Source: a virus. Taken from it: DNA of 64,000 nucleotides. Where the stretch lies: the IMG/VR virus record IMGVR_UViG_3300043410_001823, positions 21,338 through 85,337 of that record. One strand, given 5' to 3'. Positions 8,071-17,988 of this stretch are shown piece by piece. The notes under the pieces are model-generated. The model was given only the letters and a program-made list of their open reading frames with translations, searched no databases and was not told the DNA's origin. Made by a program: the position numbers and the translations under genes. Within the stretch, counting starts at the first letter, position 1, and every line of letters starts with the position of its first letter.

Positions 8071-9855
8071 TTAGATTAATCCAAGCCTATCCAGGTAATC
8101 CTGAACATCGCTTGGCATTTCCTTGTTCTCTAATTTTACCACAGCTTCCTGCTCTCTTGCAAATCGGGCTGCAGTTGACCAATCATGAACCTCAACAACG
8201 ACATTAGGGTTTTTAGGAGTATGAGAGATAGCATTAAATACTGATCCGCATACTGCATCCGCTAAGTCCTTAGATTTTTTACGTGGATGGTCTACACGCT
8301 TACCATTGTCTGTGATTTTTAACTCAGACATTTCTTCTAACAATAGTGGAATATTTGGCATTGCAACTCTTTCTTCATAAATCATCATTGCCAAATCTTC
8401 ATAATGTTTTTTTGCTACAGATACTGTGTCGGTTTTCATTCCTACAGCCTGTAATTCTTGCTGAATATCAAATGACTGCCATCGGTCAAATGATACCAAT
8501 CCTATGTTAAATCCTTGTCTTCTTAATCCTTGAATCCATTGTTTAACCTCAGATAGATTAACTGGGCCTTCTACTTTTGGTTCCCACCAAACAACAGCAT
8601 CTACAACTACTATTGGGGCTACCTGCTCATAATCTTTGATAACCTGAATATTGACCCATCGATCCACATGTGAAATTGCAACGGCACATTTGTCATGTTT
8701 TTGTGCAAGGTCAGCGTGAACATAGTAAACTTTATCTGGGTCTGGAGCAAAGGTGGTATCAAATCTCTTAGCGGTATCAATTGGATTTCTTAAGCTCATA
8801 CATTTTTCTAGCTTATCCTTTTGTTTAAAGAATGCGTCAGATGAGTACGTTGGTGTACACAAGAAACGCATCATTGCATCTCCTAGGTCTGTAATAAAGG
8901 CAATCTTAAAATCTTCAATTTTACGTGTTGGATTAACTTCCCAAGTAGGTCTTTTTAATGCAAACATTCTTGGATACTTATATGAAATAATATGATCTTC
9001 ATCCCACTCAATCTCAAACTCATTGTCTGGACCTTCTGGAAGTTCTTCATTAATAATAAACTTATGTGTGCGATGAATAGTTTCTTTTTCCATGATTACA
9101 TCTTCATACCGCTTTGAAATAAAGTCTCCTACGTAGCGGGGGAAGGAAAGCAACACAACCTTACCAAGATCTGGAAAACGAGAATCTACAGTACCACGAA
9201 AAGCTTTATAGATGTTATCAGCAGTTTTGCCCTGCTCATTTCCAGTTCCTACCTCAGTAGCAAAACCAGAAATCTCGTCAAGAACTGCCATAAACAAGTT
9301 CAAACCCTCATGAGATTCTCTTTCAGAGTGTCCAGAATAAACAGTGATAGATTCATCAAAGCCAATCGAGTTTACCTTTGGATCATACTTTCCAGCAAAC
9401 CATGGTGACTTTTCAATTTTTGTCTTGAAACCTTTAAAGAATACGTTCTTAGCCTGCTCAGCGTTAATAGCAACGTTGATAATATCTATAGCATCTCCAG
9501 GTGGTTTCCCGAAGTATCTCGCAGGGTCTTTAAGACATAAAAGTTTATAAACAACATAAGCACAGCCAATAGTAGAAACGTGGTCTTTACCACTACCTTT
9601 ACCAAGCTGAAGGATGATTTCATTCTTTGTATATTTTTTATAATGACGTGCCCCTTCCTCTGTACCCAAAACTTCTTCTAGGTCTTCCTGTCTATAAATC
9701 TGACTCATTGCTTCTACAACATCATACTGAATGGTAGATAGAGAAGGTTGCCCCAAGTATTCTGGAGATTCGACAAATGTCTTTACATCTACTGGTATTT
9801 CCCTGAAAACATTTTCTTTTAATGCATCAAGAAAATCATTGAACATCGTGGACAA
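8071..9855 (-). CDS. terL: Terminase large subunit
   Basis: Walker A LGKGSGKD, Walker B AVLDE, RNase H-like nuclease motifs HADLA, SFDRWQS and KDLADAV. Confidence 0.88.
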   Translation of the reverse strand: MSTMFNDFLDALKENVFREIPVDVKTFVESPEYLGQPSLSTIQYDVVEAMSQIYRQEDLEEVLGTEEGARHYKKYTKNEIILQLGKGSGKDHVSTIGCAYVVYKLLCLKDPARYFGKPPGDAIDIINVAINAEQAKNVFFKGFKTKIEKSPWFAGKYDPKVNSIGFDESITVYSGHSERESHEGLNLFMAVLDEISGFATEVGTGNEQGKTADNIYKAFRGTVDSRFPDLGKVVLLSFPRYVGDFISKRYEDVIMEKETIHRTHKFIINEELPEGPDNEFEIEWDEDHIISYKYPRMFALKRPTWEVNPTRKIEDFKIAFITDLGDAMMRFLCTPTYSSDAFFKQKDKLEKCMSLRNPIDTAKRFDTTFAPDPDKVYYVHADLAQKHDKCAVAISHVDRWVNIQVIKDYEQVAPIVVVDAVVWWEPKVEGPVNLSEVKQWIQGLRRQGFNIGLVSFDRWQSFDIQQELQAVGMKTDTVSVAKKHYEDLAMMIYEERVAMPNIPLLLEEMSELKITDNGKRVDHPRKKSKDLADAVCGSVFNAISHTPKNPNVVVEVHDWSTAARFAREQEAVVKLENKEMPSDVQDYLDRLGLI

Positions 9856-10372
9856 CTGTAATCACTTCGCCTTCTTTAGCAATAGAAGAAAGTCTCTTCA
9901 TGATAAGATCACGTACCTCTGGATGAGTAGCAGCAATATCACGCAAGATTCCAACAAGAACTTCCTGTCGCTTTTCAATCTCAACCATTTCTTCAGCCAA
10001 CTCTTTATTCTCTAACAATCCAGCCTTTTGAAGCATGTCAATACGCTTAGATTCAATATCCATAACAAGTTTAATTGCTGCAGTCTTTGCTCCAAGATTT
10101 GCAGTTGTTGTTGCATCATCAATAACTTCATATGCCTGCTTGATTAGTTTTGTATAGTGTTCATCAGCACCAACCAAAGCTTCTTTTGCACGAATACGAA
10201 TAGCTGTATTATCAGATGCCATCCTCTTCCACTCATCTAAGTGAGCGACAACTCTTGTACGTGGGAGATTAAGCTGTTTTGAAATACGTGTTGGATCGCT
10301 ACCTTTTAAATATTCAGCAACAACCGTATTTACTTCATCAAGGTGTTTGACGATCTCAATCTCTGCGTCCAT
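9836..10372 (-). CDS. HTH/helical protein, probable terminase small subunit
   Basis: N-terminal HTH-like segment (PTRISKQLNLPRTRV) followed by a coiled coil. Overlaps the terL start. Confidence 0.5.
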   Translation of the reverse strand: MDAEIEIVKHLDEVNTVVAEYLKGSDPTRISKQLNLPRTRVVAHLDEWKRMASDNTAIRIRAKEALVGADEHYTKLIKQAYEVIDDATTTANLGAKTAAIKLVMDIESKRIDMLQKAGLLENKELAEEMVEIEKRQEVLVGILRDIAATHPEVRDLIMKRLSSIAKEGEVITVVHDVQ

Positions 10373-10607
10373 TGTATTCACCCTTCAGTCGTTTAATCTC
10401 ATCCTGAATATAGAAAATTGCCTTTTCCAAATCTTCGATGTGCTTATCTTCACTCTTGATTCCAGCTCTCCAGATATACTTCATTGCATTACCTAGATTA
10501 AAATTCATATGTCTTGTGACCTGCAAAGCTTCAATACCGCTTGGGTGGCTAGTATAGTGCGTAGGATGATTGACTTGGTCAACCTTAATATCAAACTTCT
10601 TATCCAT
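10356..10607 (-). CDS. DUF3310 family protein
   Basis: VNHPTHY, FNLGNAMKYIWRAG and EDLEKAIFYI motifs. Confidence 0.85.
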   Translation of the reverse strand: MDKKFDIKVDQVNHPTHYTSHPSGIEALQVTRHMNFNLGNAMKYIWRAGIKSEDKHIEDLEKAIFYIQDEIKRLKGEYNGRRD

Positions 10608-10764
10608 TTGTCTTATTAGTCCTAATCTTTTTTAAACAACGCTTGCAGTATGTGTATGTTAATCCCGTGAATGGGCATGAAGAGCTGTAAGACTCTGGAT
10701 GTTTGCAAAAGAGCATCTTTGATTTAGCTGATGCTACATGCAATAGGTGTTTTAAAATTCTCAT
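10600..10764 (-). CDS. Small Cys-rich hypothetical protein (54 aa)
   Basis: Not in the ORF track. MRILKHLLHVASAKSKMLFCKHPESYSSSCPFTGLTYTYCKRCLKKIRTNKTNG. Overlaps both neighbours. Confidence 0.6.
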   Translation of the reverse strand: MRILKHLLHVASAKSKMLFCKHPESYSSSCPFTGLTYTYCKRCLKKIRTNKTNG

Positions 10765-10916
10765 CGTTTTGATTTGCGGAGACCAAACTTAGCAAGATAT
10801 ACATAGATAGTCTCTACGCTTGCTCCACACTCCTTTGCAATTTCCTCTGGAGACTTTTTGTCTAGCGTAAATCGCTTACGAAGCCAAGTCTCGTTAGTAT
10901 ATAGTTTAGCAGCCAT
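10761..10916 (-). CDS. Small HTH DNA-binding protein (51 aa)
   Basis: Not in the ORF track. MAAKLYTNETWLRKRFTLDKKSPEEIAKECGASVETIYVYLAKFGLRKSKR shows a classic HTH pattern. Confidence 0.7.
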   Translation of the reverse strand: MAAKLYTNETWLRKRFTLDKKSPEEIAKECGASVETIYVYLAKFGLRKSKR

Positions 10917-10931
10917 AGCTTTATTTGTCAA
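10903..10931 (-). promoter_or_regulatory. Near-consensus promoter TTGACA-N17-TAAACT (extended TG) overlapping the HTH gene start
   Basis: Minus strand reads ttgaca aataaagctatggctgc taaact. Confidence 0.6.
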
Positions 10932-11496
10932 CCTTTACTACTTTAGACCAATTGTTAATAGCATAATGCCCAATACCGCAAGCATCAGCCACGTCATTAT
11001 CTTCAATCTTTTGATCATAAATTATCTCCAATAATCTCATGGTTCTCTCTTTACGTAGGTTACGCTCATAGTTTTTGTACCATGCTACAGATTTTCCAGG
11101 TGTCTTGTTTCTAATCAAAAGCTGTTCATCTTTTGTAAGCTTTTTATTACCAAGAAATGTTTGCCATGTAATTGGTGGTACGGTGCCAAAAACAGTAATC
11201 CCAGACATCGCAGAACCACCTAGAATTGCCCCTTGAATCATAGATAAATCTATTAATGTTTTAGGACTATTCATAAAAACTGACTGCTCAATAACGACTG
11301 CATCTACCATACCGATCATATCGAGTAAAGCTTTTGTTTTCTTGACAGCATCACCTATTCTATCAAATAATGTTGAGCCTTCAAAAGTTACTTTGCCGTA
11401 GGAATATAATTTTCCATGGGTGTAAACTGAAAAAGCTAAGCTTGTTGTATTAGCATCAATACAAAAGATCTTATCAGGACTAGTTGTCTTGTTCAT
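10921..11496 (-). CDS. ruvC: RuvC-like Holliday junction resolvase
   Basis: IFCIDANTTSLAF, VVIEQ and DNDVADACGIG motifs. Confidence 0.8.
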   Translation of the reverse strand: MNKTTSPDKIFCIDANTTSLAFSVYTHGKLYSYGKVTFEGSTLFDRIGDAVKKTKALLDMIGMVDAVVIEQSVFMNSPKTLIDLSMIQGAILGGSAMSGITVFGTVPPITWQTFLGNKKLTKDEQLLIRNKTPGKSVAWYKNYERNLRKERTMRLLEIIYDQKIEDNDVADACGIGHYAINNWSKVVKVDK

Positions 11497-11773
11497 AGTC
11501 AAAAAATCCTTTAATCTGCTTAAGCATCTTATCCACAGCCTTCTTGCTTACATTGCAATTAGAACAGAATCCAGCATCGTTGTATATAGATATAGCCATT
11601 CCGCATCCACCCAAACAAAGTCTTTTCTTACCAATCCTATTCTGGCGACGAGTAACTCTATACCGTTCCAGTATTTTTTCTTTTGTAGCTTCTTCTCTAC
11701 AAATATCGCTACAATATATTTGGTAACTGACCTTAGGTGTAAACCTAGTGTCACATCTACTACATAGTTTCAC
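11480..11773 (-). CDS. Zinc-finger protein
   Basis: CxxC...CxxxC...CxxxC...CxxC pattern. Confidence 0.65.
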   Translation of the reverse strand: MKLCSRCDTRFTPKVSYQIYCSDICREEATKEKILERYRVTRRQNRIGKKRLCLGGCGMAISIYNDAGFCSNCNVSKKAVDKMLKQIKGFFDYEQDN

Positions 11774-12590
11774 TCAATTCCTCCAGAGACGCTATCTTAA
11801 TAGTCCCTGCCTCTGCTTCAGCACATGCTGCTTTAACTGGACAACTTTTGCACACTTTAGAATTAGCTCTGTAATTCTTTGTGGGCAATGTTTGGTTGTC
11901 GGAAGCCTTTTTGACTTCTCTCATCCAGTCAAACGCATAGTCTACCCATTTTCTATATCCATCATTTACCTCTACAGGAAAAGCAATCATGTCGTGATTG
12001 TTTTTATTTTCATAAATTAGCACACCCCTTGCCTTTTTAAGAATCTTCATGTAGATAAGTAATTGAACCAAGTGCCCCTTCTTAGGAGTCTTGTTATTTT
12101 TGAAATACTCAAAAGCTTCGCTAGACATTGTTTTAATTTCTCCAGCTAACTCTTCACCATTCCATTCGACTATAGCATCGCCATAGCCAAAAATACCAGG
12201 ATCGTTGTTAATGATCTTGAATTCTGTTGTATCTTGCCCATTATCGTCCTTGAATACCTTTGCAACATTTGACTTCATCATTGCACTTTGAATTCTTTCA
12301 TGAGACAATGTTCCGTTTTCCATATTTGCAACGTTATCTGGAGTTGCCTCATCTTCAAAAATATTACCCTCAAAAGCTAAATACCAATATCTTGGACACA
12401 CACCATGACCATATGCGATTGTAGATGGTGCAAATGTTTTTTTCTTTGTATGCTTTGGCCCTCTGTCAACTGTATATCCAGACTTGATTTGTTCTACCAG
12501 ACCATCAACATCAAATGCCTGCACAAACTTCTTCTTTGCAGGCTTATCTGGCTGTTGAACCATTACTTGTTTTAATAAATTTCTTGTCAT
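11760..12590 (-). CDS. Cas4-like/PD-(D/E)XK exonuclease
   Basis: N-terminal CPR, GYGD...EIKT, QLLIY and C-terminal CKSCPVKAAC Fe-S cysteines. Confidence 0.8.
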   Translation of the reverse strand: MTRNLLKQVMVQQPDKPAKKKFVQAFDVDGLVEQIKSGYTVDRGPKHTKKKTFAPSTIAYGHGVCPRYWYLAFEGNIFEDEATPDNVANMENGTLSHERIQSAMMKSNVAKVFKDDNGQDTTEFKIINNDPGIFGYGDAIVEWNGEELAGEIKTMSSEAFEYFKNNKTPKKGHLVQLLIYMKILKKARGVLIYENKNNHDMIAFPVEVNDGYRKWVDYAFDWMREVKKASDNQTLPTKNYRANSKVCKSCPVKAACAEAEAGTIKIASLEELSETM

Positions 12591-12620
12591 TTTCCCTCTG
12601 CTCTTATCTCTATTATAGCA

Positions 12621-12932
12621 TTAACGCATGATGTACTTGAGAGCAGAAACAAGATTGTTGACAGCCTCTGCTGCTGTATAGTAAATATTCTTTTTTGATC
12701 TATCTGATTTGTCTACATTAGCCATCCAAGTAGCCTTTAAAGATAACTTTGCTGCAATTGCCTGAAGTCTAACAATTTCAAGACTAGCTGCTTGGATTGG
12801 TATATCTGGTTTAAGAATAAGCTTTGCAATGGTAGTTAAAGCCACTGTGAGCTCTTCATCGTTCATATAGTCAGCTATTTCTGCTAGACCATTAACCATA
12901 TCAATCGTTGTTTTTTGTGATTCGTTTTCCAT
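12621..12932 (-). CDS. Hypothetical helical protein
   Basis: ORF coupled to the upstream gene via TAATG; position within the recombination cluster. Confidence 0.65.
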   Translation of the reverse strand: MENESQKTTIDMVNGLAEIADYMNDEELTVALTTIAKLILKPDIPIQAASLEIVRLQAIAAKLSLKATWMANVDKSDRSKKNIYYTAAEAVNNLVSALKYIMR

Positions 12933-13216
12933 TATTGCTCTCCTACAAGTTGTTCTAAAATTCCCGCTTCAATAATTGCCAAACGCACTTTTGCATTACC
13001 CTCCCCAAGGATAACAAATATAGCTGGATCGTTTTTATTTTTAAGAGCATCTGTTACCGCCTTGGCCCAGTTGTCCTTATTTACCGTAAATCCCTTTGGA
13101 TACTCTTTGAAATCAACTGTAAAGTTATTCCAAACAGCGTCCCCCTTCTTGGTTCCACGCCCACTATTTTTAACTTGCTTAGCACCAATTCTTTTTGCTT
13201 CTGATCTCTCACTCAT
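12932..13216 (-). CDS. PD-(D/E)XK nuclease, Hjc-like resolvase
   Basis: SGRGTKKGDA...VDFKE motif. Confidence 0.6.
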   Translation of the reverse strand: MSERSEAKRIGAKQVKNSGRGTKKGDAVWNNFTVDFKEYPKGFTVNKDNWAKAVTDALKNKNDPAIFVILGEGNAKVRLAIIEAGILEQLVGEQ

Positions 13217-13394
13217 GAGCAAAATCCTTCTTCTTCTTCTTTTCTGCCTTAAGGCCTACTTTAGAAATATGCTTTTCAGAACATAGCCATGAGATTTCTC
13301 CAGAGCCATACCAGAATCTAGCTGCTCTACACTCAACCTTACATGTCTTACATATAAATTGTCCTTGAACAACCATAAAAAGTTGATCAGACAT
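13209..13394 (-). CDS. Small zinc-ribbon protein
   Basis: CKTC...CSEKH pattern. Confidence 0.6.
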   Translation of the reverse strand: MSDQLFMVVQGQFICKTCKVECRAARFWYGSGEISWLCSEKHISKVGLKAEKKKKKDFAHE

Positions 13395-14403
13395 TAGATA
13401 CCTTACTCATAATGTCTTCTTGAAGGTCTAGATCTTCTTTAACACGACTAATGAATCCGTCACGACCCTGCACCTTAGTGCCATCTTCAAGTTGATACCA
13501 TGCACCAGTTCTAGAAACAATACCCATTAACTCAGCAGTATCGACGAGATCTCCCACACTATCAACACCAGTATCAGGACCTCTAAAATAGAAATCATAC
13601 TCGCCAGACTGAAAACCAGGAGAAGTTTTCGAAAACTGTAGTTCCCATCTGACTTTTCTGCCAATCTTTTCTTCAATAAGCTTGTCGCCAACATGAATCT
13701 TTCCCTTCAATGCTTGATTATCTGATTCTGATGAAAATAACTTAACTACTGTTGATGAATAAAACTTAGTTGCATTACCGCCAGTAGGTTCTGGCTTAGT
13801 ATACATTGCACTAATATTATTGCGTTGCTGTGAAATTAATACCAACATAGTTGGTTTAACCTTGTTATTAGCATAATTCAACATCTTCCAAGCATTACTA
13901 AAATCTCTTGACTCAGCACCGATCTGCTTTGTATTCTCTAGTTGCTTAAGTTCGTCAGAATCTTTTTCAAAATATACAGCAGGAAGCATAGATGTAATAG
14001 AGTCAACTACAATCATATCAACTCCTGCTTCCATAAGCTGTACACCAACATCAACCATGTCATTAATAGTTCTAGCCTGTGAATAAATAAGCTTTGATGT
14101 ATCTACCCCAAGCTTCTCAGCCCAAGACTTGTCATATGACATTTCTGAGTCTATCCATGCACACACCTTGCCCTCTTTTTGGGCCTTAGCGATGATCTGA
14201 AGGCAGAATGAGGACTTACCAGCAGACTTATTACCCCAGATAAGGATCTGGCGTCCATATGGCAATCCTCCGCCAAGTGCACGGTTTAGTCCATAGCTAG
14301 GAGTTTGTGCAAACTCTGTAGCTGGAACAGCATCTCCAACCATAATATTTTTGCGTAGTTTTGGATTTAGCTGTGATAAAACTTCTTCTACCGTGACTGT
14401 CAT
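13387..14403 (-). CDS. recA: RecA-like recombinase
   Basis: LGGGLPYGR, GNKSAGKS, IVVDS, TGGNATKFYSS and GAWY motifs. Confidence 0.93.
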   Translation of the reverse strand: MTVTVEEVLSQLNPKLRKNIMVGDAVPATEFAQTPSYGLNRALGGGLPYGRQILIWGNKSAGKSSFCLQIIAKAQKEGKVCAWIDSEMSYDKSWAEKLGVDTSKLIYSQARTINDMVDVGVQLMEAGVDMIVVDSITSMLPAVYFEKDSDELKQLENTKQIGAESRDFSNAWKMLNYANNKVKPTMLVLISQQRNNISAMYTKPEPTGGNATKFYSSTVVKLFSSESDNQALKGKIHVGDKLIEEKIGRKVRWELQFSKTSPGFQSGEYDFYFRGPDTGVDSVGDLVDTAELMGIVSRTGAWYQLEDGTKVQGRDGFISRVKEDLDLQEDIMSKVSNV

Positions 14404-14720
14404 TAGAATCTTACTCCGTGCTTCTCTGGTCTTGTCTTATTAAACTGTGTCTTTGTATCCATAGCGTAATCTAGTGATATCTTAGTATACCCTGCTTCGA
14501 CCATTCCTGCATAGAGATCTAGGGTACGAATAATAATATCTGCAAATTCTTTTGCAATTTCCTCTTCACCCTTATCCTTGCGTACTGCTTCCATTACTTC
14601 TGTAACCTCAGATACGATCATCATACATTGTTTTGCAACAAAAATATCATCGATCTCTTCTGGCCAAAATCCTTTTTCTACTGCTGTTGTGTGTAGTTGT
14701 TCTGCTAGTTCATCAAACAT
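14403..14720 (-). CDS. mazG: MazG-like nucleotide pyrophosphohydrolase
   Basis: SEVTEVMEA...EFADIIIR (ExxE...ExxD). Confidence 0.8.
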   Translation of the reverse strand: MFDELAEQLHTTAVEKGFWPEEIDDIFVAKQCMMIVSEVTEVMEAVRKDKGEEEIAKEFADIIIRTLDLYAGMVEAGYTKISLDYAMDTKTQFNKTRPEKHGVRF

Positions 14721-17700
14721 TTATATCCTCCAATATGACTGTTCCATCTTTTGTTTTACCAAATGAAAACTTATATGTATTGCCTTCTTCAATCTTCATG
14801 TATGCTTTTGCAAATGCTGTTGGAAATACCGTTACAGGATGAAGATTTCTTGATGCATCAGCTAGCGTTAATGATGCCATTTTTTTACCTGCTTTAGTCA
14901 TTCTAGGTTTAAATGATATCACAAACATATCATCATCCTTGAATGGAAGCATCTTGTAATTTAAGAATTTAACTAAAGCATCGGAAGAGTTTTTAATCTC
15001 ATCAACAGGAATAGAAGAAACAATCCTATTGTCAGAAGCCAAGATCAAATATGTTCGTCCAGACTCAATTGCCGTTTGCTCTTCATCAAAGATTCCTGCA
15101 GAACCAGTCTTATCTAGAATTTCTACTCTAGACCATCCTGTTCCTCGTTTAATACTCTTGACCATGCCCATCAAAATAAACGATCCCTTTTCTTCAAAGT
15201 CATCGATATCATTAATATATGCATAGTAATGCTGTGGCACTGGCATATTAAATTCTGGCAAGTTTAAATACTCATATAGATTTTCTTTAATCTCTGACTC
15301 ATTCATTGGATTATCAGGGAATGTTGCAGCGCCAATTACTCTTAAGGCTTGTAGTGCTCTGCTGTTAACTCCATTGCCTTTCGTAAAGGTGAACTCTTCA
15401 AGTTCTTTATACGAAGCAAAAGGACGTGCCTCAATATAACGGCTTGCAATCTTTTCTGAGATAAACTTAATCGCAGTGAGTCCAAACCTGATACCCTTAC
15501 CCTCAATCTTAAAATCAATATCTGAATCATTAATATGTGGTAGTTTAACAGGGATGCCCATGCGTTTCGTTTCGATAAGATATTCTGTTCTTGCATCTTT
15601 ATCACTTTCATTCTTTAATAGTGAATACATAAACTCTAGAGGATAGTGGTATTTTAACCATGCTGTCCAGTATGAGAGTGTTGAGTAGGCAACGGCGTGG
15701 GACTTGTTGAAAGAATATCCTGCGTGGGCCTCGAAATCATGCCATAAGTCAAGAGCGTCGTTAGGAGCAATATACTTGCTAGCACCACTAATGAAACGGT
15801 CTTTGAACTCATCAAATTCTTTTGCATCTTTCTTCTTTCCAATAATCTTACGAACCTTATCCGCATCTGCCATAGACATGCCACCAAGTTCAACGCAAGC
15901 TTGCATAACTTGTTCTTGATAGAGAACACATCCAAAGGTCTCTTCTGTAAATGGCTTCATGACTTGATGAAGATAATTAATATTTTGACGTCCATGCTTG
16001 CGCTCAATATAATCTTTACCAATTGTATTCATAGCACCAGGACGAACCAAAGCATTAGAAGCAGCAAGTTCTGCCAAATTCTTAACGCCCATCTTAATAA
16101 GAAGGTTAGTATATGGTGCTGCTTCACATTGGAATACACCCTTAGTATATCCATCTGAAAGCATTTGATAAACATTCTTATCATCCATATCTATAGATAA
16201 AAGATCAATCTTTTTATCATATCTATCTTCAATAATATCAAGAGTATCCTTTAGAACAGATAAAGTTTTTAGTCCTAAAGCATCAATCTTAATCAAGCCA
16301 ATGTTTTCAGCCTCCCCCATGTCAACTGCAACAACTGGAATGCGAACGTCATTTCCAGTAACAGAGCGAGTCTCCAACGGCGCATACCTAAAGATTGGAT
16401 CTTTACTAGTAACAACTCCTGCAGCGTGAATACCAGTACCCCTAATACGACCACGTAACTGCTCTCCATATCTTTCTACCTCTGGATATTTTTCACGGAA
16501 TTCCCGTGTTGTTTTTGAAGTACAATACTCATCCCATGTATCTACTGTCTTTAAAACCTTGTTTACATCTGCCAACGGAATATTTAAAGCACGTGCTACA
16601 TCTCGAACAACACCCTTGTCTTTAAATTCAAGGAATGTGGTAATTGATGCAACATGTCGATATTGTCTAACAAGATAATCCTTTACCTCATCACGACGTG
16701 AATCCTGAATGTCTGAGTCAATATCTGGAAAGTCATTACGTTCTGGATTAATAAATCGGAAGAACAACAATCCATGTTTGATTGGATCAATATCCGTAAT
16801 CTCAAGAGCATAACAAAGTAAAGAACCTGCAGCAGAACCACGACCTGGACCAACCATAATTCCTTCTTTTTTAGCCCAGTTCAACATATTTCGAACAACT
16901 AGAAAGTATGGAGCAAACTTCTTATCATTAATAACCTTAAGCTCTTCGTCTAGTCTATCTAAGTATTCTTGATTATCTGCAAAACCACGCTTTTCCAAAC
17001 CTTCTAGAGCAAGCTTTTTAAGTTCTTGTCCAGGATTCTTATACTGTGCTGGAAGTAGGTTTAAACCACTCTTAATGTCATATTCTTCTACCTTATTAGC
17101 AATCTCAATAGTAGACTCAAACATCTGTTCATTCTCAATACCCTGCTTTGCCATCGCATCTTTCATTTCTTCATATGAAAGTAGGTGAATATCAAACGAT
17201 CTAAAACTCATCATGCGGTCAGCGCCATATAGATAATCTAGGCGCTCCATCATATCTGAATACTTCTTAGACTTTTCGTATGTTGCATCTTTTTGCAATT
17301 TAGCATGAGTATTCAGAATAAGCATCATTTCCTGAATAACCTTTTGATCAACATCAGAGTGGTGGCAATCTGGAGTAATTACTGGCTTAACCCCCATAGA
17401 CTCTGCTAAATCAAGAAGTCCTTTATTTACCTCTGCAGGATTATGTGGCATTACTTCAATGTAATAGTCATTGCCAAACTCTTCTTTAAACCATGATATA
17501 TACTTCTTAGCAGTTGCTAGTTCTCCTAGTTCTACTGCCTTTGCAATCCACCCACTTAAACAAGCAGATGTTACAATGATGCCTTCTTTATATTTCTTTA
17601 AAATTTCAAAATCAAAGCGTGGCTTACTGAAGAAACCGTCTGTCCACGCAATTTCATTAATCTTGTTTAGGTTTTCTAAACCCTGTTGGTTCTTGGCAAG

Positions 17701-17985
17701 AAGAACTATATGATGATAATTTAGATCAAGAGGATCAGTGCGGTCTGCCTTTGCTCTCTTGTCAGCCATATCTGTAGTCATATAGCCTTCTATGCCAAGT
17801 ATTGGCTTAATACCTTTTGCTTTTGCAACACGGTGCAGTTCCCTGTGCCCAGATAAAGTACCATGGTCGGTGATTGCGATTGCAGGCATCCCCAACTCAA
17901 CTGCACGGTTCACGTATTCTTCTGGAGTAGCAACACCATCCATCAAGGAATAGTGTGTATGTACATGTAAGCCAACGTAGTTCAT
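14713..17985 (-). CDS. dnaE: DNA polymerase III alpha subunit
   Basis: PHP motifs HVHTHYSLMDG and AITDHG; GPGRGSAAGS, PDIDSD, KIDALGL and FNKSHA. Confidence 0.96.
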   Translation of the reverse strand: MNYVGLHVHTHYSLMDGVATPEEYVNRAVELGMPAIAITDHGTLSGHRELHRVAKAKGIKPILGIEGYMTTDMADKRAKADRTDPLDLNYHHIVLLAKNQQGLENLNKINEIAWTDGFFSKPRFDFEILKKYKEGIIVTSACLSGWIAKAVELGELATAKKYISWFKEEFGNDYYIEVMPHNPAEVNKGLLDLAESMGVKPVITPDCHHSDVDQKVIQEMMLILNTHAKLQKDATYEKSKKYSDMMERLDYLYGADRMMSFRSFDIHLLSYEEMKDAMAKQGIENEQMFESTIEIANKVEEYDIKSGLNLLPAQYKNPGQELKKLALEGLEKRGFADNQEYLDRLDEELKVINDKKFAPYFLVVRNMLNWAKKEGIMVGPGRGSAAGSLLCYALEITDIDPIKHGLLFFRFINPERNDFPDIDSDIQDSRRDEVKDYLVRQYRHVASITTFLEFKDKGVVRDVARALNIPLADVNKVLKTVDTWDEYCTSKTTREFREKYPEVERYGEQLRGRIRGTGIHAAGVVTSKDPIFRYAPLETRSVTGNDVRIPVVAVDMGEAENIGLIKIDALGLKTLSVLKDTLDIIEDRYDKKIDLLSIDMDDKNVYQMLSDGYTKGVFQCEAAPYTNLLIKMGVKNLAELAASNALVRPGAMNTIGKDYIERKHGRQNINYLHQVMKPFTEETFGCVLYQEQVMQACVELGGMSMADADKVRKIIGKKKDAKEFDEFKDRFISGASKYIAPNDALDLWHDFEAHAGYSFNKSHAVAYSTLSYWTAWLKYHYPLEFMYSLLKNESDKDARTEYLIETKRMGIPVKLPHINDSDIDFKIEGKGIRFGLTAIKFISEKIASRYIEARPFASYKELEEFTFTKGNGVNSRALQALRVIGAATFPDNPMNESEIKENLYEYLNLPEFNMPVPQHYYAYINDIDDFEEKGSFILMGMVKSIKRGTGWSRVEILDKTGSAGIFDEEQTAIESGRTYLILASDNRIVSSIPVDEIKNSSDALVKFLNYKMLPFKDDDMFVISFKPRMTKAGKKMASLTLADASRNLHPVTVFPTAFAKAYMKIEEGNTYKFSFGKTKDGTVILEDINV

Positions 17986-17988
17986 TGA

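Noticed and set aside
11760-12590. Cas4-like gene as evidence of a CRISPR-Cas system
   Set aside because: It is a stand-alone nuclease in a recombination cluster; no cas1/cas2 or array is present.
14713-17985. Intein or intron in dnaE (also considered for recA, dnaB, terL, nrdJ)
   Set aside because: Lengths are normal and motifs are contiguous. The only Hint-like domain seen is at 59908-60390.
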